From positions 1 through 43,188 of IMG/VR virus record IMGVR_UViG_3300032088_000018: a stretch of 43,188 nt of DNA, one strand, 5' to 3'. The translations under genes and the position numbers were made by a program. The notes beneath the pieces were generated by a model. That model searched no databases and was not told the DNA's origin. It saw nothing but the letters and a program-made list of their open reading frames with translations. Of this stretch, positions 9,029 to 17,547 are shown in pieces (positions within the stretch are counted from its first letter, which is position 1; each line of letters begins with the position of its first letter). The stretch comes from a virus. Taxonomy: Duplodnaviria > Caudoviricetes.

Positions 9029-9313
9029 ATGAAGAACATTATGTTTATTTTGCTGTGTGGCTTTGGTGCCGTGGGTTTCATGACAGCTTGTGAAGACAAG
9101 GGGTCTGATGATACTGCTGCCGAGGTAGATGCGGAAGTGTCTGATAGCGCCGAAGCTGGTGACAGCGGAGAAGCTAGTGACAGCGGAGAAGCTGGAGATA
9201 GTGGAGAAGCTGGAGATAGTGGAGAAGCTGGAGACAGTGGAGATTCAGCAGATTCGGGCGACGGCGAAGCATCTGACACAGGCGACGCAGACGCAGAGTC
9301 GAGCGAAGATTAG
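9029..9313 (+). CDS. Small acidic lipoprotein with EAGDSG repeats
   Basis: Signal peptide with lipobox FMTA-C, followed by an Asp/Gly/Ser-rich low-complexity tail. AGGAGG RBS. Confidence 0.8.
   Translation: MKNIMFILLCGFGAVGFMTACEDKGSDDTAAEVDAEVSDSAEAGDSGEASDSGEAGDSGEAGDSGEAGDSGDSADSGDGEASDTGDADAESSED
9152..9241 (+). repeat. Five tandem 18-bp coding repeats (GAAGCTRGWGAYAGYGGA)
   Basis: Encodes (EA[G/S]DSG)x5 in the lipoprotein. Confidence 0.9.
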
Positions 9314-9323
9314 TATTATTGCT

Positions 9324-9357
9324 ACCCACAGGGGGGCACAGGGTTATCAGGTGCCTC
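9324..9357 (+). repeat. Intergenic repeat copy 3
   Basis: ACCC ACAGG GGGGCAC A GGGT TATCAG GTGCCTC. Confidence 0.9.
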
Positions 9358-9394
9358 ACTCATTTAATTTATTAATAAACTGTATAGGAAAAAA

Positions 9395-9880
9395 ATGACT
9401 CTTAAAAATTATTTTACCGAGAATAACATCTCAGCAGACAATATCGTAACCTTTACTTATGAACAGGGAGCCGATGTATTTCACTTCAATGAAACCCATA
9501 TTGAGACTGCACTGTCAGAAACAGATGTTGTTGAGCGCATGGCAGAGGTGGCGACTTCTGGTCTGACTGCCAACACCCCTTATGGTGGTGCTGTACTCGA
9601 TACCTTGCGTGATGCGAATCTCCTAGAGGGGTACGAGCGTGGCAGCGAAAGCTTTCAAGAGTATGTTGCTGATGCCATCCGTGAAAACTTTTACGATGCA
9701 GAGGTGATTGAGGAATCAACTCAGCACTACGACCATAAGCGTGGCTTCACCACGCTCTCAGCGACAGTCACTGCTCCAGCAGGCGACATTACCAAAAACC
9801 TTCATGCGTACGAAAGCGCTTTCAGCGGTTGGACTGCGCAGGTTGAGTCAAAGGGCGGTACATTTACTTTCGATGTCTAA
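9395..9880 (+). CDS. Hypothetical protein (161 aa)
   Basis: Fills the gap between repeat copies 3 and 4 and has an AGGA RBS. Confidence 0.75.
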   Translation: MTLKNYFTENNISADNIVTFTYEQGADVFHFNETHIETALSETDVVERMAEVATSGLTANTPYGGAVLDTLRDANLLEGYERGSESFQEYVADAIRENFYDAEVIEESTQHYDHKRGFTTLSATVTAPAGDITKNLHAYESAFSGWTAQVESKGGTFTFDV

Positions 9881-9885
9881 ACGAA

Positions 9886-9920
9886 AGTCCACAGGGGGGC
9901 ACAGGGTTATCAGGTGTCCC
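9886..9920 (+). repeat. Intergenic repeat copy 4
   Basis: AGTCC ACAGG GGGGCAC A GGGTT ATCAG GTGTCCC, directly upstream of recA. Confidence 0.9.
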
Positions 9921-9953
9921 AACCCATTATCGATATTTAAAACGGAGTAAGCT

Positions 9954-11078
9954 ATGGCAGCAAAGAAAGTAACAAAAGCAGGTAAATTATCAATCGCTGA
10001 TATGCGAAAGATGATTAATAAAAGGGCAGGCTCAGATGTTGCCTATGACCTAACTCAGGACAATCCAACTGAAGTTAAAGAATGGATTCCAACGGGCGCT
10101 CGATGGCTAGACAGTATTGTTTGTCGTGGACAACTTGCAGGAATTCCAGTAGGAAAGTTTACTGAAATCGCAGGCTTGGAATCTACAGGCAAGTCTTATA
10201 TGGCAGCCCAGATTGCTGCGAATGCTCAAAAGATGGGAATCGATGTGGTCTATTTTGACGCAGAGTCTGCCATCGACCCGACATTCCTTGAGAAGACTGG
10301 TTGTGACCTGGAGAGGCTGCTTTATGTTCAGGCTGAGTCGGTGGAGTTTGTCCTAGAGACTATTGAGGACTTGCTGGCATCTTCAGAAAATAAATTATTG
10401 TTTATCTGGGACTCGCTTGCCTTAACGCCAAGCATGACAGACATTGCTGGGGACTTCAATCCTCTGTCTTCCATGGCGGTTAAGCCACGAATCCTCTCAA
10501 AGGGAATGGCGAAGCTTGTCCAGCCGATTGCAAACGCAGGCGCTACGCTCGTTGTGTTAAATCAGTTGAAGACGAACATCACCAGTAATGTGGCAGAGGC
10601 TATGACGACACCCTACTTCACCCCAGGCGGCAAGGCTATGCACTATACCTATAGTCTGCGTGTGTGGCTGACAGGTCGAAAAGCAAAGGCTTCATTTATC
10701 ATGGATGAACACGGCTTCCGTATCGGTTCGGAAGTAAAGGTAAAGCTTGAGAAGAGTCGCTTCGGAACCCAGGGACGCCAGTGTGCGTTTAAAATTCTCT
10801 GGGGAGATAATATCGGAGTGCAAGATGAAGAAAGTTGGTTAGAGGCTGTCAAGGGCTCGGAGCACCTAACATCTGGGGGCGCATGGTATACATTAACTTA
10901 TAAAGATGGTTCTACTGAAAAGTTTCAATCTTCAAATTGGATTGATAAAATCAAGGAAGAGAAGTTTCGAGCTAGAATCTTAGAGTTGATGGACGAAGAA
11001 ATTATTCTTCGTTTCGACAGTCGTGAGGGTAATGCCAGCGACTACTATGATGTCACCGACCTAGGGGGTGATAAATAA
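9954..11078 (+). CDS. recA: RecA/UvsX-like recombinase
   Basis: WIPTG..WLD, GIPVGKFTEIAGLESTGKS (Walker A), YFDAESA, IWDSLA, LNQLK and TPGGKA. Confidence 0.93.
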   Translation: MAAKKVTKAGKLSIADMRKMINKRAGSDVAYDLTQDNPTEVKEWIPTGARWLDSIVCRGQLAGIPVGKFTEIAGLESTGKSYMAAQIAANAQKMGIDVVYFDAESAIDPTFLEKTGCDLERLLYVQAESVEFVLETIEDLLASSENKLLFIWDSLALTPSMTDIAGDFNPLSSMAVKPRILSKGMAKLVQPIANAGATLVVLNQLKTNITSNVAEAMTTPYFTPGGKAMHYTYSLRVWLTGRKAKASFIMDEHGFRIGSEVKVKLEKSRFGTQGRQCAFKILWGDNIGVQDEESWLEAVKGSEHLTSGGAWYTLTYKDGSTEKFQSSNWIDKIKEEKFRARILELMDEEIILRFDSREGNASDYYDVTDLGGDK

Positions 11079-11100
11079 GTATGTTGAGTGCTTTTTGTCC

Positions 11101-11129
11101 TTGACACCAGCCTCCGCTTATGTTACATT
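11101..11129 (+). promoter_or_regulatory. sigma70-type promoter
   Basis: TTGACA-17 nt-TACATT with extended TG. Confidence 0.7.
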
Positions 11130-11157
11130 GTTATCATCAAGCGGGGGCTTTTTCTTT

Positions 11158-11571
11158 ATGTGCAAGGAATATCGAAGTCTGAAGATGGCTGCAAAGGTTG
11201 CAGAACAATCAGATTATGGAAAGTATAAACACGGTGCTGTTTTGGTGAAAGGGGGCTCAGTTATGAACTTTTCCTCAAACAGCAAGAATCACACCTCCTT
11301 CGGTCAGAGGTTTAGAACAGACCCAGGCATGGCAACACATCATGCAGAAACATCTTGCGTCCTTGGTATGAATAGGGAAGCTACCGCAGGCTCCACGGTA
11401 TATGTGGCAAGAGTAAATAGAAAAGGTCAGTGGAGAATGAGCAAGCCCTGCTCAATGTGTCACGAAGTGATGAAGTTTGTGGGCGTCAAAAGAGTAGTAT
11501 ATACAATCGCTCCTGGGGAATGGGGCACTTATAAAATCGAGGAAGAAGATGCAAAGACTGTTGGTTATTGA
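11158..11571 (+). CDS. Zn-dependent cytidine/deoxycytidylate deaminase-family protein
   Basis: HGAVLVKGG, HHAE and SKPCSMC. Start moved to ATG 11158, downstream of the promoter; 11185 is also possible. Confidence 0.82.
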   Translation: MCKEYRSLKMAAKVAEQSDYGKYKHGAVLVKGGSVMNFSSNSKNHTSFGQRFRTDPGMATHHAETSCVLGMNREATAGSTVYVARVNRKGQWRMSKPCSMCHEVMKFVGVKRVVYTIAPGEWGTYKIEEEDAKTVGY

Positions 11572-12499
11572 TGCTCTAAACTTGTTGTTTAGGAACTATA
11601 TTGTAAATCCGAGCCTGTCCACCAATGGTCAGCCCATCGGGGGTTTGAAGGGCTTCCTACAGTCGCTACAGAAGCTGTGTAGGGAAACCAAGCCAGACCA
11701 AGTGGTTATCTGCTGGGACGGCGCTGGTGGCTCAAAGCGAAGAAAGTCGGTGGTGAAGAGCTACAAGGCGGGTCGCAAGCCGCTTCGGCTGAATCGTGAT
11801 ATTAGAAATCTTTCAGAGGCAGAAGAAGTAGAAAATAAAATTTGGCAACAACAAAGAATCATCGAATATCTAAATGAGATGCCAATCATCCAGTTGATGC
11901 TGGATGGCGTTGAAGCTGATGATATTATTTCTTTTATTGTTCAGGCACCTCACTATTCTGGTTGGCAGAAAGTTATTGTTTCTAGCGATAAAGATTTCTT
12001 TCAGCTTTGCGATGACGAGACGGTCTTGTACCGACCAATTCAAAAAGAGATTTTAAATAAAAAAACTATTACTGAGCGAGACGGTATTCATCCTGTGAAT
12101 TATGCGCTCGCAAGGGCAATAGCTGGGGACAAGAGCGATAATCTTCCTGGCGTAGGTCGTGTCGGCTTGAAAACCGTGGCAAATCGCTTGCCTTTCCTGT
12201 CTGAAGAGAAATCCTATACCCTTGATTATGTTCAGGAATATTGTGAGAATGTCGAGTCTAGCGTTGCAGCTTATACGAACATTCTGGAAAACTTCGAGCT
12301 TGTAAAATTAAATTATAAAATCATGCAACTTTATAGTCCTTCAATCCCCGCTCAAGGCAAGAGGAAAATCAATACCGCAGTTAATAATTTTGAGAACGAG
12401 TTTAATAAGACTGAGATAAGAAAGATGATGATAACTGATGGATTCGGTCATGGAAACTGGGATGAATTATTTCAAACAATGCAGCGTTTTTGTGCTTGA
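11549..12499 (+). CDS. 5'-3' exonuclease/flap endonuclease (T4 RNase H-like)
   Basis: LVIDALNL, ICWDG, YKAGR, EADDII, SSDKDFFQL and GDKSDNLPGVGRVGLKT. Confidence 0.92.
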   Translation: MQRLLVIDALNLLFRNYIVNPSLSTNGQPIGGLKGFLQSLQKLCRETKPDQVVICWDGAGGSKRRKSVVKSYKAGRKPLRLNRDIRNLSEAEEVENKIWQQQRIIEYLNEMPIIQLMLDGVEADDIISFIVQAPHYSGWQKVIVSSDKDFFQLCDDETVLYRPIQKEILNKKTITERDGIHPVNYALARAIAGDKSDNLPGVGRVGLKTVANRLPFLSEEKSYTLDYVQEYCENVESSVAAYTNILENFELVKLNYKIMQLYSPSIPAQGKRKINTAVNNFENEFNKTEIRKMMITDGFGHGNWDELFQTMQRFCA

Positions 12500-12524
12500 C
12501 AAATGAATAAGATTGATATATACT
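12496..12524 (+). promoter_or_regulatory. sigma70-type promoter
   Basis: TTGACA-17 nt-TATACT upstream of the helicase RBS AAGGAG. Confidence 0.75.
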
Positions 12525-12542
12525 GTATAAAAAGGAGTAGAA

Positions 12543-13931
12543 ATGGGTGCAGCAATGGCTGAAGAAAGAAGTGACTTTTCACATTATGGTCCGAGATTCC
12601 AAGAGGGTTTGGCACAATTAATTTTAGACGACAGGGTGTTTGCCGACCAGATTAGCGAAGTTTTAGACTACGAGTTCCTAGAATCAAAATATCTAAAAGA
12701 GTTTGTATCCAAGGTTTTCCAGTACAGGGATAAATACGGCAAACATCCGTCGAGAGATACGATGGCAACTATCGTTCGCTCAGAGTTCGAAAGCGCCAAC
12801 GAGGTTACTCGAACTCAGATAAGAGATTATTTTGCTAGAGTATATGCAAGCTCAACGGATGTTGACGGTGCAGAGCACATTAAAGAGGTGTCGCTTGATT
12901 TCTGTAGAAAACAGAAGCTCAAGAGTGCCATGTTGAAGTGCGTTGGTCTTATTAAGAATTCGAGCTTTGATGAAATTAGCAAGACCATCAACGACGCATT
13001 GAACCTTGGCTCTGACAACGATGCTGGGTATGATTATATTATTGACTTTGAGAAGAGGTTCCAGATTAAGTCGAGAAATCCTGTTAGCACAGGGTGGCAA
13101 CAAGTCGACTCGATTAGTCGAGGCGGGCTAGGTTCTGGAGAGCTTGGCGTCTGCATTGCTCCCACTGGAGCAGGAAAGTCTATGGCTCTTGTGCACTTGG
13201 GTGCGCAAGCTATCCTAGAGGGAAAGACAGTTGTCCATTATACTTTGGAGTTGGCTGATACGGTTGTTGCGACTAGATATGACAGTTGCATCACTGGCAT
13301 CCCTCTTACAAATACATTTGCGAATAAAGATAAGATTTATGATGCAATTAAAGAGGTAGAGGGTCACCTTATTGTAAAGGAGTATCCCACGAAGTCGGCT
13401 ACGACCAAGACAATTGAAAACCATCTAGAGAAGTTGGTTCGTCGTGGGCATGATATTGGAATGGTCATCGTGGACTATGCCGACCTGCTTCGACCAGTGA
13501 GCGTTCAGCGAGAGAAGAGAAACGAGTTGGAGTCAATTTATGAAGAACTCAGAGGCTTGTCTCAAATCTATGGCTGTCCAGTTTGGACGGCATCTCAAAC
13601 CAACAGGAGTGGTTTGAATGCAGAAGTCATCACGATGGAAGCAATCTCTGAGGCTTACAATAAGTGCTTTGTTGCAGACTTCATCTTCTCTCTTTCCAGA
13701 ACCATTGAAGATAAGGTCGCTAACGAGGGTCGAATCTTTATTGCAAAGAACAGAAATGGTCCAGATGGCATCGTGTATCCCATCTTCATGGATACTGCAA
13801 ATGTAAAGATTAAAGTCATGGGTGGAAATGGCACGACCCCTGGTCAGTTGGCAACCCAGACAACCAAACAGCAGGCTCAGACCCTGAAAGATAAATATAA
13901 AAACTTTAGAACGACAGGTAAAGGAAAATAA
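12543..13931 (+). CDS. dnaB: Replicative DnaB/gp41-like helicase
   Basis: APTGAGKS (Walker A), HYTLEL, IVDYADLL, WTASQTNR and KNRNGPDG. Confidence 0.92.
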   Translation: MGAAMAEERSDFSHYGPRFQEGLAQLILDDRVFADQISEVLDYEFLESKYLKEFVSKVFQYRDKYGKHPSRDTMATIVRSEFESANEVTRTQIRDYFARVYASSTDVDGAEHIKEVSLDFCRKQKLKSAMLKCVGLIKNSSFDEISKTINDALNLGSDNDAGYDYIIDFEKRFQIKSRNPVSTGWQQVDSISRGGLGSGELGVCIAPTGAGKSMALVHLGAQAILEGKTVVHYTLELADTVVATRYDSCITGIPLTNTFANKDKIYDAIKEVEGHLIVKEYPTKSATTKTIENHLEKLVRRGHDIGMVIVDYADLLRPVSVQREKRNELESIYEELRGLSQIYGCPVWTASQTNRSGLNAEVITMEAISEAYNKCFVADFIFSLSRTIEDKVANEGRIFIAKNRNGPDGIVYPIFMDTANVKIKVMGGNGTTPGQLATQTTKQQAQTLKDKYKNFRTTGKGK

Positions 13932-13934
13932 ACA

Positions 13935-16364
13935 ATGTATACAGAAGAACAGGTTCGTGAAGCGACCTTAGACTACTTCAATGGTGATGAACTCGCCACA
14001 AATGTCTTTATGACCAAATACTGCCTTAAAAATACCAAGGGGCAGTTCGTCGAGAAGACTCCACTTGACATGCACAGGCGTATGGCGAGTGAGTTTGCAC
14101 GAATGGAAGCCAAGCATGGCGGTCCTCGTGCCCTTACAGAAGAAAAGATTATGAGTTATTTCGATAACTTTAAATATATTGTTCCGCAGGGCTCACCAAT
14201 GATGGGGATTGGAAACGACTATGTTAATGTGTCGCTGTCCAACTGTGTTGTTGTTGAATCTCCCGCAGACAATATCTCTTCTATCGTAAATGCTGGGCGA
14301 GACTTGGGGAACCTATTCAAGCGCCGATGTGGCGTAGGGCTTGACCTCTCAGAACTGCGACCAGACGGAACCCCAGTTAATAATTCGGCTGGAACAACCA
14401 CTGGGGCTTGGTCGTTTGCGGACTTTTATTCTTATGTCTGCCGAATGATTGGGCAAAACGGTCGCCGTGGAGCACTCATGATTACCATGGATGTTAGGCA
14501 CCCCGATATTGAGCAGTTCGTGACGATGAAGCACGACTTGACTAAGGTCACTGGAGCAAATGTCTCTGTGAAAATAAGCGATAGCTTCATGAGAGCAGTT
14601 GAAAACAACGAATCGTTTACTTTGCAGTTCCCTGTCGGTTCCGACACCCCAAGGTACACAAAAGAGGTAGAGGCGACGGCACTCTGGGCAGCAATCGTAG
14701 ATTCTGCAACAAAGACTGCTGAGCCAGGGCTGTTGATGTGGGACAATATTGTTAAGAATCTTCCTGCCAATGAATATGCAGACGATGGCTTTGCTACGAT
14801 TTGCACGAATCCTTGTGCCGAGATTCCACTATCTGCATACGACTCGTGCCGCTTGATTTCAATCAATCTTAAAAACTTTGTTGAAAAGCCCTTTCAGGAT
14901 GATGCAGAATTTAATTATTCTAAGTTTACCGAGGTGGTATCATCTGCGATGAGGTTGTCAGACGACTTAGTTGACCTTGAGCTTGAAAAGTTAGCAAAGA
15001 TTATTGAAGCATCGGACACGGCAGATGAAAAAGAATTATGGTCCAAGTTGTTCGCAGCCGCCCGAGACGGTCGCAGAACTGGACTTGGCACTCACGGCTT
15101 GGCTGACGCCTTAGCTTGTCTGGGCATTGCATATGATTCTGAGGAATCCATCTCCGCAGTGTCAAGCATCTACAGTTGCCTGAGAGATGTAGCGTATCGA
15201 GAAAGCATGAGCCTTGCAACAGAAAGGGGTTCGTTCCCTGTTTTCTCTTGGAATAAAGAAAAGAATAATGAATTCATCCAGCGTCTCCCTGAGTCCCTGA
15301 AGGAAGATATTGCTGCCCATGGCAGGAGAAACATTTCAATCTTGACGAATGCTCCCACGGGGTCGGTGTCGATTCTTTCTCAAACTTCATCGGGATTAGA
15401 GCCAGTCTTTCGCAACTCTTATATTAGACGGAGAAAGTTGGGACATGACGAGTTAGATGTTCAGGCAGACTTCGTAGATGACCTAGGCGACAGGTGGAAA
15501 GAATTTGAAGTATTCCATCACAATGTTCAACAGTGGAGAGGTCTTCAAAAGGTTGCTAATTCTGAATTACCAGCATTCTTTGTCGAGTCTGACCAGATTG
15601 ACTGGGAGCGCCGTGTAGAAATACAACAGGCGATTCAAGATAATATCGACCACGCTATCTCTTCAACTATTAACTTGCCTGCTGGCACCGAACCGTCTGT
15701 GGTTGGCAACCTATATCTCGAAGGCTGGCGTCGTGGCTTGAAGGGAATCACTGTCTATGTTGACGGCTCCCGCTCAGGTGTCTTGGTCACTGCTGACGAG
15801 GCACAGGCTGTGGAGTCTTTCCCCCAACACAGCGCCCCTAAGCGCCCTGAGCAGCTTGAGTGTGACATTCACCACACAACTATTAAGGGTGACAAGTGGG
15901 TTGTTCTTGTTGGGCTCATGGATGGCAAGCCTTACGAGGTCTTGGCTGGAGAAGCCAGCATGATTGAGATACCCAAGCGTTATGACAAGGGTCAACTCTC
16001 GAAGCAAACATTTAAAACGAGAAATAACAGATATGACTTGACATTTGGGTACAATGGTGATAGTATTACTGTGAAAGATGTGGTGAAGGCATTTGATAAT
16101 CCTTCTAACGCCGCTTTCACGAGAATGATTTCGCTAAGTTTGCGTCACGGAGCTAAGCCCAAGTTTATGGTCGAGCAGTTGCAAAAGGATAAGGAGAGTG
16201 ATATGTTCAGCTTCTCTCGCTGCGTGTCTCGTATCCTGAAAACTTATATTTGCGACGGTGAGACACCCAGTGACAAGTCTTGTGAGGAGTGTGGGGCAGA
16301 GGCTCTCATCTATCAAGACGGCTGCGTGACCTGCACATCTTGCGGTTATGCGAAGTGTGGATAA
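13935..16364 (+). CDS. nrdJ: Class II (adenosylcobalamin-dependent) ribonucleotide reductase
   Basis: LSNCVV, GRRGALM, TNPCAE, APTGSVS, SSTINLP and LKGITVY, plus a C-terminal domain with a Zn-ribbon (CEEC...CTSC). No beta-subunit gene nearby. Confidence 0.92.
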   Translation: MYTEEQVREATLDYFNGDELATNVFMTKYCLKNTKGQFVEKTPLDMHRRMASEFARMEAKHGGPRALTEEKIMSYFDNFKYIVPQGSPMMGIGNDYVNVSLSNCVVVESPADNISSIVNAGRDLGNLFKRRCGVGLDLSELRPDGTPVNNSAGTTTGAWSFADFYSYVCRMIGQNGRRGALMITMDVRHPDIEQFVTMKHDLTKVTGANVSVKISDSFMRAVENNESFTLQFPVGSDTPRYTKEVEATALWAAIVDSATKTAEPGLLMWDNIVKNLPANEYADDGFATICTNPCAEIPLSAYDSCRLISINLKNFVEKPFQDDAEFNYSKFTEVVSSAMRLSDDLVDLELEKLAKIIEASDTADEKELWSKLFAAARDGRRTGLGTHGLADALACLGIAYDSEESISAVSSIYSCLRDVAYRESMSLATERGSFPVFSWNKEKNNEFIQRLPESLKEDIAAHGRRNISILTNAPTGSVSILSQTSSGLEPVFRNSYIRRRKLGHDELDVQADFVDDLGDRWKEFEVFHHNVQQWRGLQKVANSELPAFFVESDQIDWERRVEIQQAIQDNIDHAISSTINLPAGTEPSVVGNLYLEGWRRGLKGITVYVDGSRSGVLVTADEAQAVESFPQHSAPKRPEQLECDIHHTTIKGDKWVVLVGLMDGKPYEVLAGEASMIEIPKRYDKGQLSKQTFKTRNNRYDLTFGYNGDSITVKDVVKAFDNPSNAAFTRMISLSLRHGAKPKFMVEQLQKDKESDMFSFSRCVSRILKTYICDGETPSDKSCEECGAEALIYQDGCVTCTSCGYAKCG

Positions 16365-16380
16365 AAAATTAAAAAAGTGC

Positions 16381-16409
16381 TTGACAAACAGTTCTATATG
16401 AGTTATATT
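16381..16409 (+). promoter_or_regulatory. sigma70-type promoter
   Basis: TTGACA-17 nt-TATATT with upstream A-tracts. Confidence 0.78.
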
Positions 16410-16440
16410 AGTGTCACAACCAACAATGAAGGAGAAAACA

Positions 16441-16713
16441 ATGGTTGACAATAACAACGGTGCAGAAAACAATGGCGAGGATACTTTTGAAGAAAAGGTC
16501 GTCAATTATATCAAGTCGCTCGCTGCGATTGAAGAAGCTATGGAGCCCTTCAAAGAGCAGAAACGAGCCCTCAAGGGCAACTATGTCGAAAACGGCTGGT
16601 TGACCAAAGAGGACATCAGCATGGCTGTAAAGGCGTTCCGTCTTGTCAAGGACAATACGGACCCAGAGCAACTGATGGACTATTACAATACTGTAAAAAC
16701 CATCAAGCCATAA
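16441..16713 (+). CDS. Small coiled-coil DNA-binding protein (GapR/DUF2312/T4 DsbA-like)
   Basis: Start ATG 16441 after AAGGAG. The helical pattern YIKSLAAIEEAMEPFKEQKRALKGNYVENG...AVKAFRL fits this family. Confidence 0.5.
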   Translation: MVDNNNGAENNGEDTFEEKVVNYIKSLAAIEEAMEPFKEQKRALKGNYVENGWLTKEDISMAVKAFRLVKDNTDPEQLMDYYNTVKTIKP

Positions 16714-16723
16714 GAGGAGAACC

Positions 16724-16993
16724 ATGAAACCTTTGAACCGACATTTGAAGGTAGCCGTGGTTACGGGTGACACCCAGTCAGATAATGACTCGGGTGTCAT
16801 CCTGCCTAATGGTTACAAAATTGATAATCCGTGGACAACTGCGACTGTTATCGAGGCTAGTGAAGATTGTACCCACTCAGACCTGAAGGGTGCGACGGTC
16901 ATCTTTCAAACCAACATGCTCGTTGATGTGAGTACTGATGGCGAAACCCACAGTTTTGTTCAAGAAAACTATATTGTGTGTTACAATAAGTAA
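16724..16993 (+). CDS. groES: GroES-like co-chaperonin
   Basis: MKPLNRHLKV...SGVILP...ATVI...GATVIF...FVQENYIV matches the cpn10 pattern. Confidence 0.75.
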   Translation: MKPLNRHLKVAVVTGDTQSDNDSGVILPNGYKIDNPWTTATVIEASEDCTHSDLKGATVIFQTNMLVDVSTDGETHSFVQENYIVCYNK

Positions 16994-17022
16994 AACTAGT
17001 TGCTGCAAAGGGGAAACAAATT

Positions 17023-17547
17023 GTGGATTTATCTAGCGTTATATGCGCCGTAATGATGGCGACAAACATGTGGAACGCCGAGACTGCTTGTAAACATATG
17101 AACACAGTGGTTGACGCTTCAGAAGAATACAATGTCCCAGTAGAGTTGATGAACGCTCTTATTATAACTGAAAGCTCATGGTCACCAACAGCAATTAGTC
17201 ACGCTGGAGCTTGTGGTCTGACTCAGGTTATGCCGAAGTACACTGGGGGTGGAGCAACTGGCGGTGTGAAATACACTTGTGAGCAGTTGACCTCGAACCC
17301 AGAACTTTCAATACGCCTCGGGACTAGAGTTTATCGCTACTGGCTAACCAAGTATGCAAAGTGTCACACAAAAGAGTGCAGCAAGTCTCAGCATCGAACC
17401 GCACTCTGTGGGTACAATGCTGGGTATCGCTGCAAAGGGGAAAGCCCCAACAAGCATGGTATGAGTTACGCCAAGAAGGTGCTCGAAAGAGCAGCGAGGC
17501 TTTCACGGCTCATCCGTCGCCACAAAGCCGCACACAAGGTTGACTAA
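17023..17547 (+). CDS. Soluble lytic transglycosylase (SLT) family lysin
   Basis: ALIITESSW.P.AISHAGACGLTQVMP and ALCGYNAG, with a hydrophobic N-terminus. Confidence 0.88.
   Translation: MDLSSVICAVMMATNMWNAETACKHMNTVVDASEEYNVPVELMNALIITESSWSPTAISHAGACGLTQVMPKYTGGGATGGVKYTCEQLTSNPELSIRLGTRVYRYWLTKYAKCHTKECSKSQHRTALCGYNAGYRCKGESPNKHGMSYAKKVLERAARLSRLIRRHKAAHKVD

Noticed and set aside
8821-9279. Minus-strand ORF with SPASPL repeats, and the other minus-strand or nested ORFs in the track
   Set aside because: These are shadows of + strand genes. They have no motifs or evident RBS and are overlapped by well-supported CDSs.
8406-9920. CRISPR array interpretation of the 34-nt repeats
   Set aside because: The intervening sequences are 335-530 bp and each contains a whole gene. 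No cas genes are present in the window.
8406-9920. Repeats as Rho-independent terminators or stop-codon readthrough signals
   Set aside because: Copy 1 has a clear T-tract but the other copies have weak or none. The loop is long and conserved, and spacing from the upstream stop is variable (5-18 nt).
8406-9920. Repeats as a tubC-like centromere for the tubulin
   Set aside because: Variation preserves RNA pairing, including strand-specific G-U pairs, rather than a DNA iteron sequence. No TubR-like gene is recognisable.
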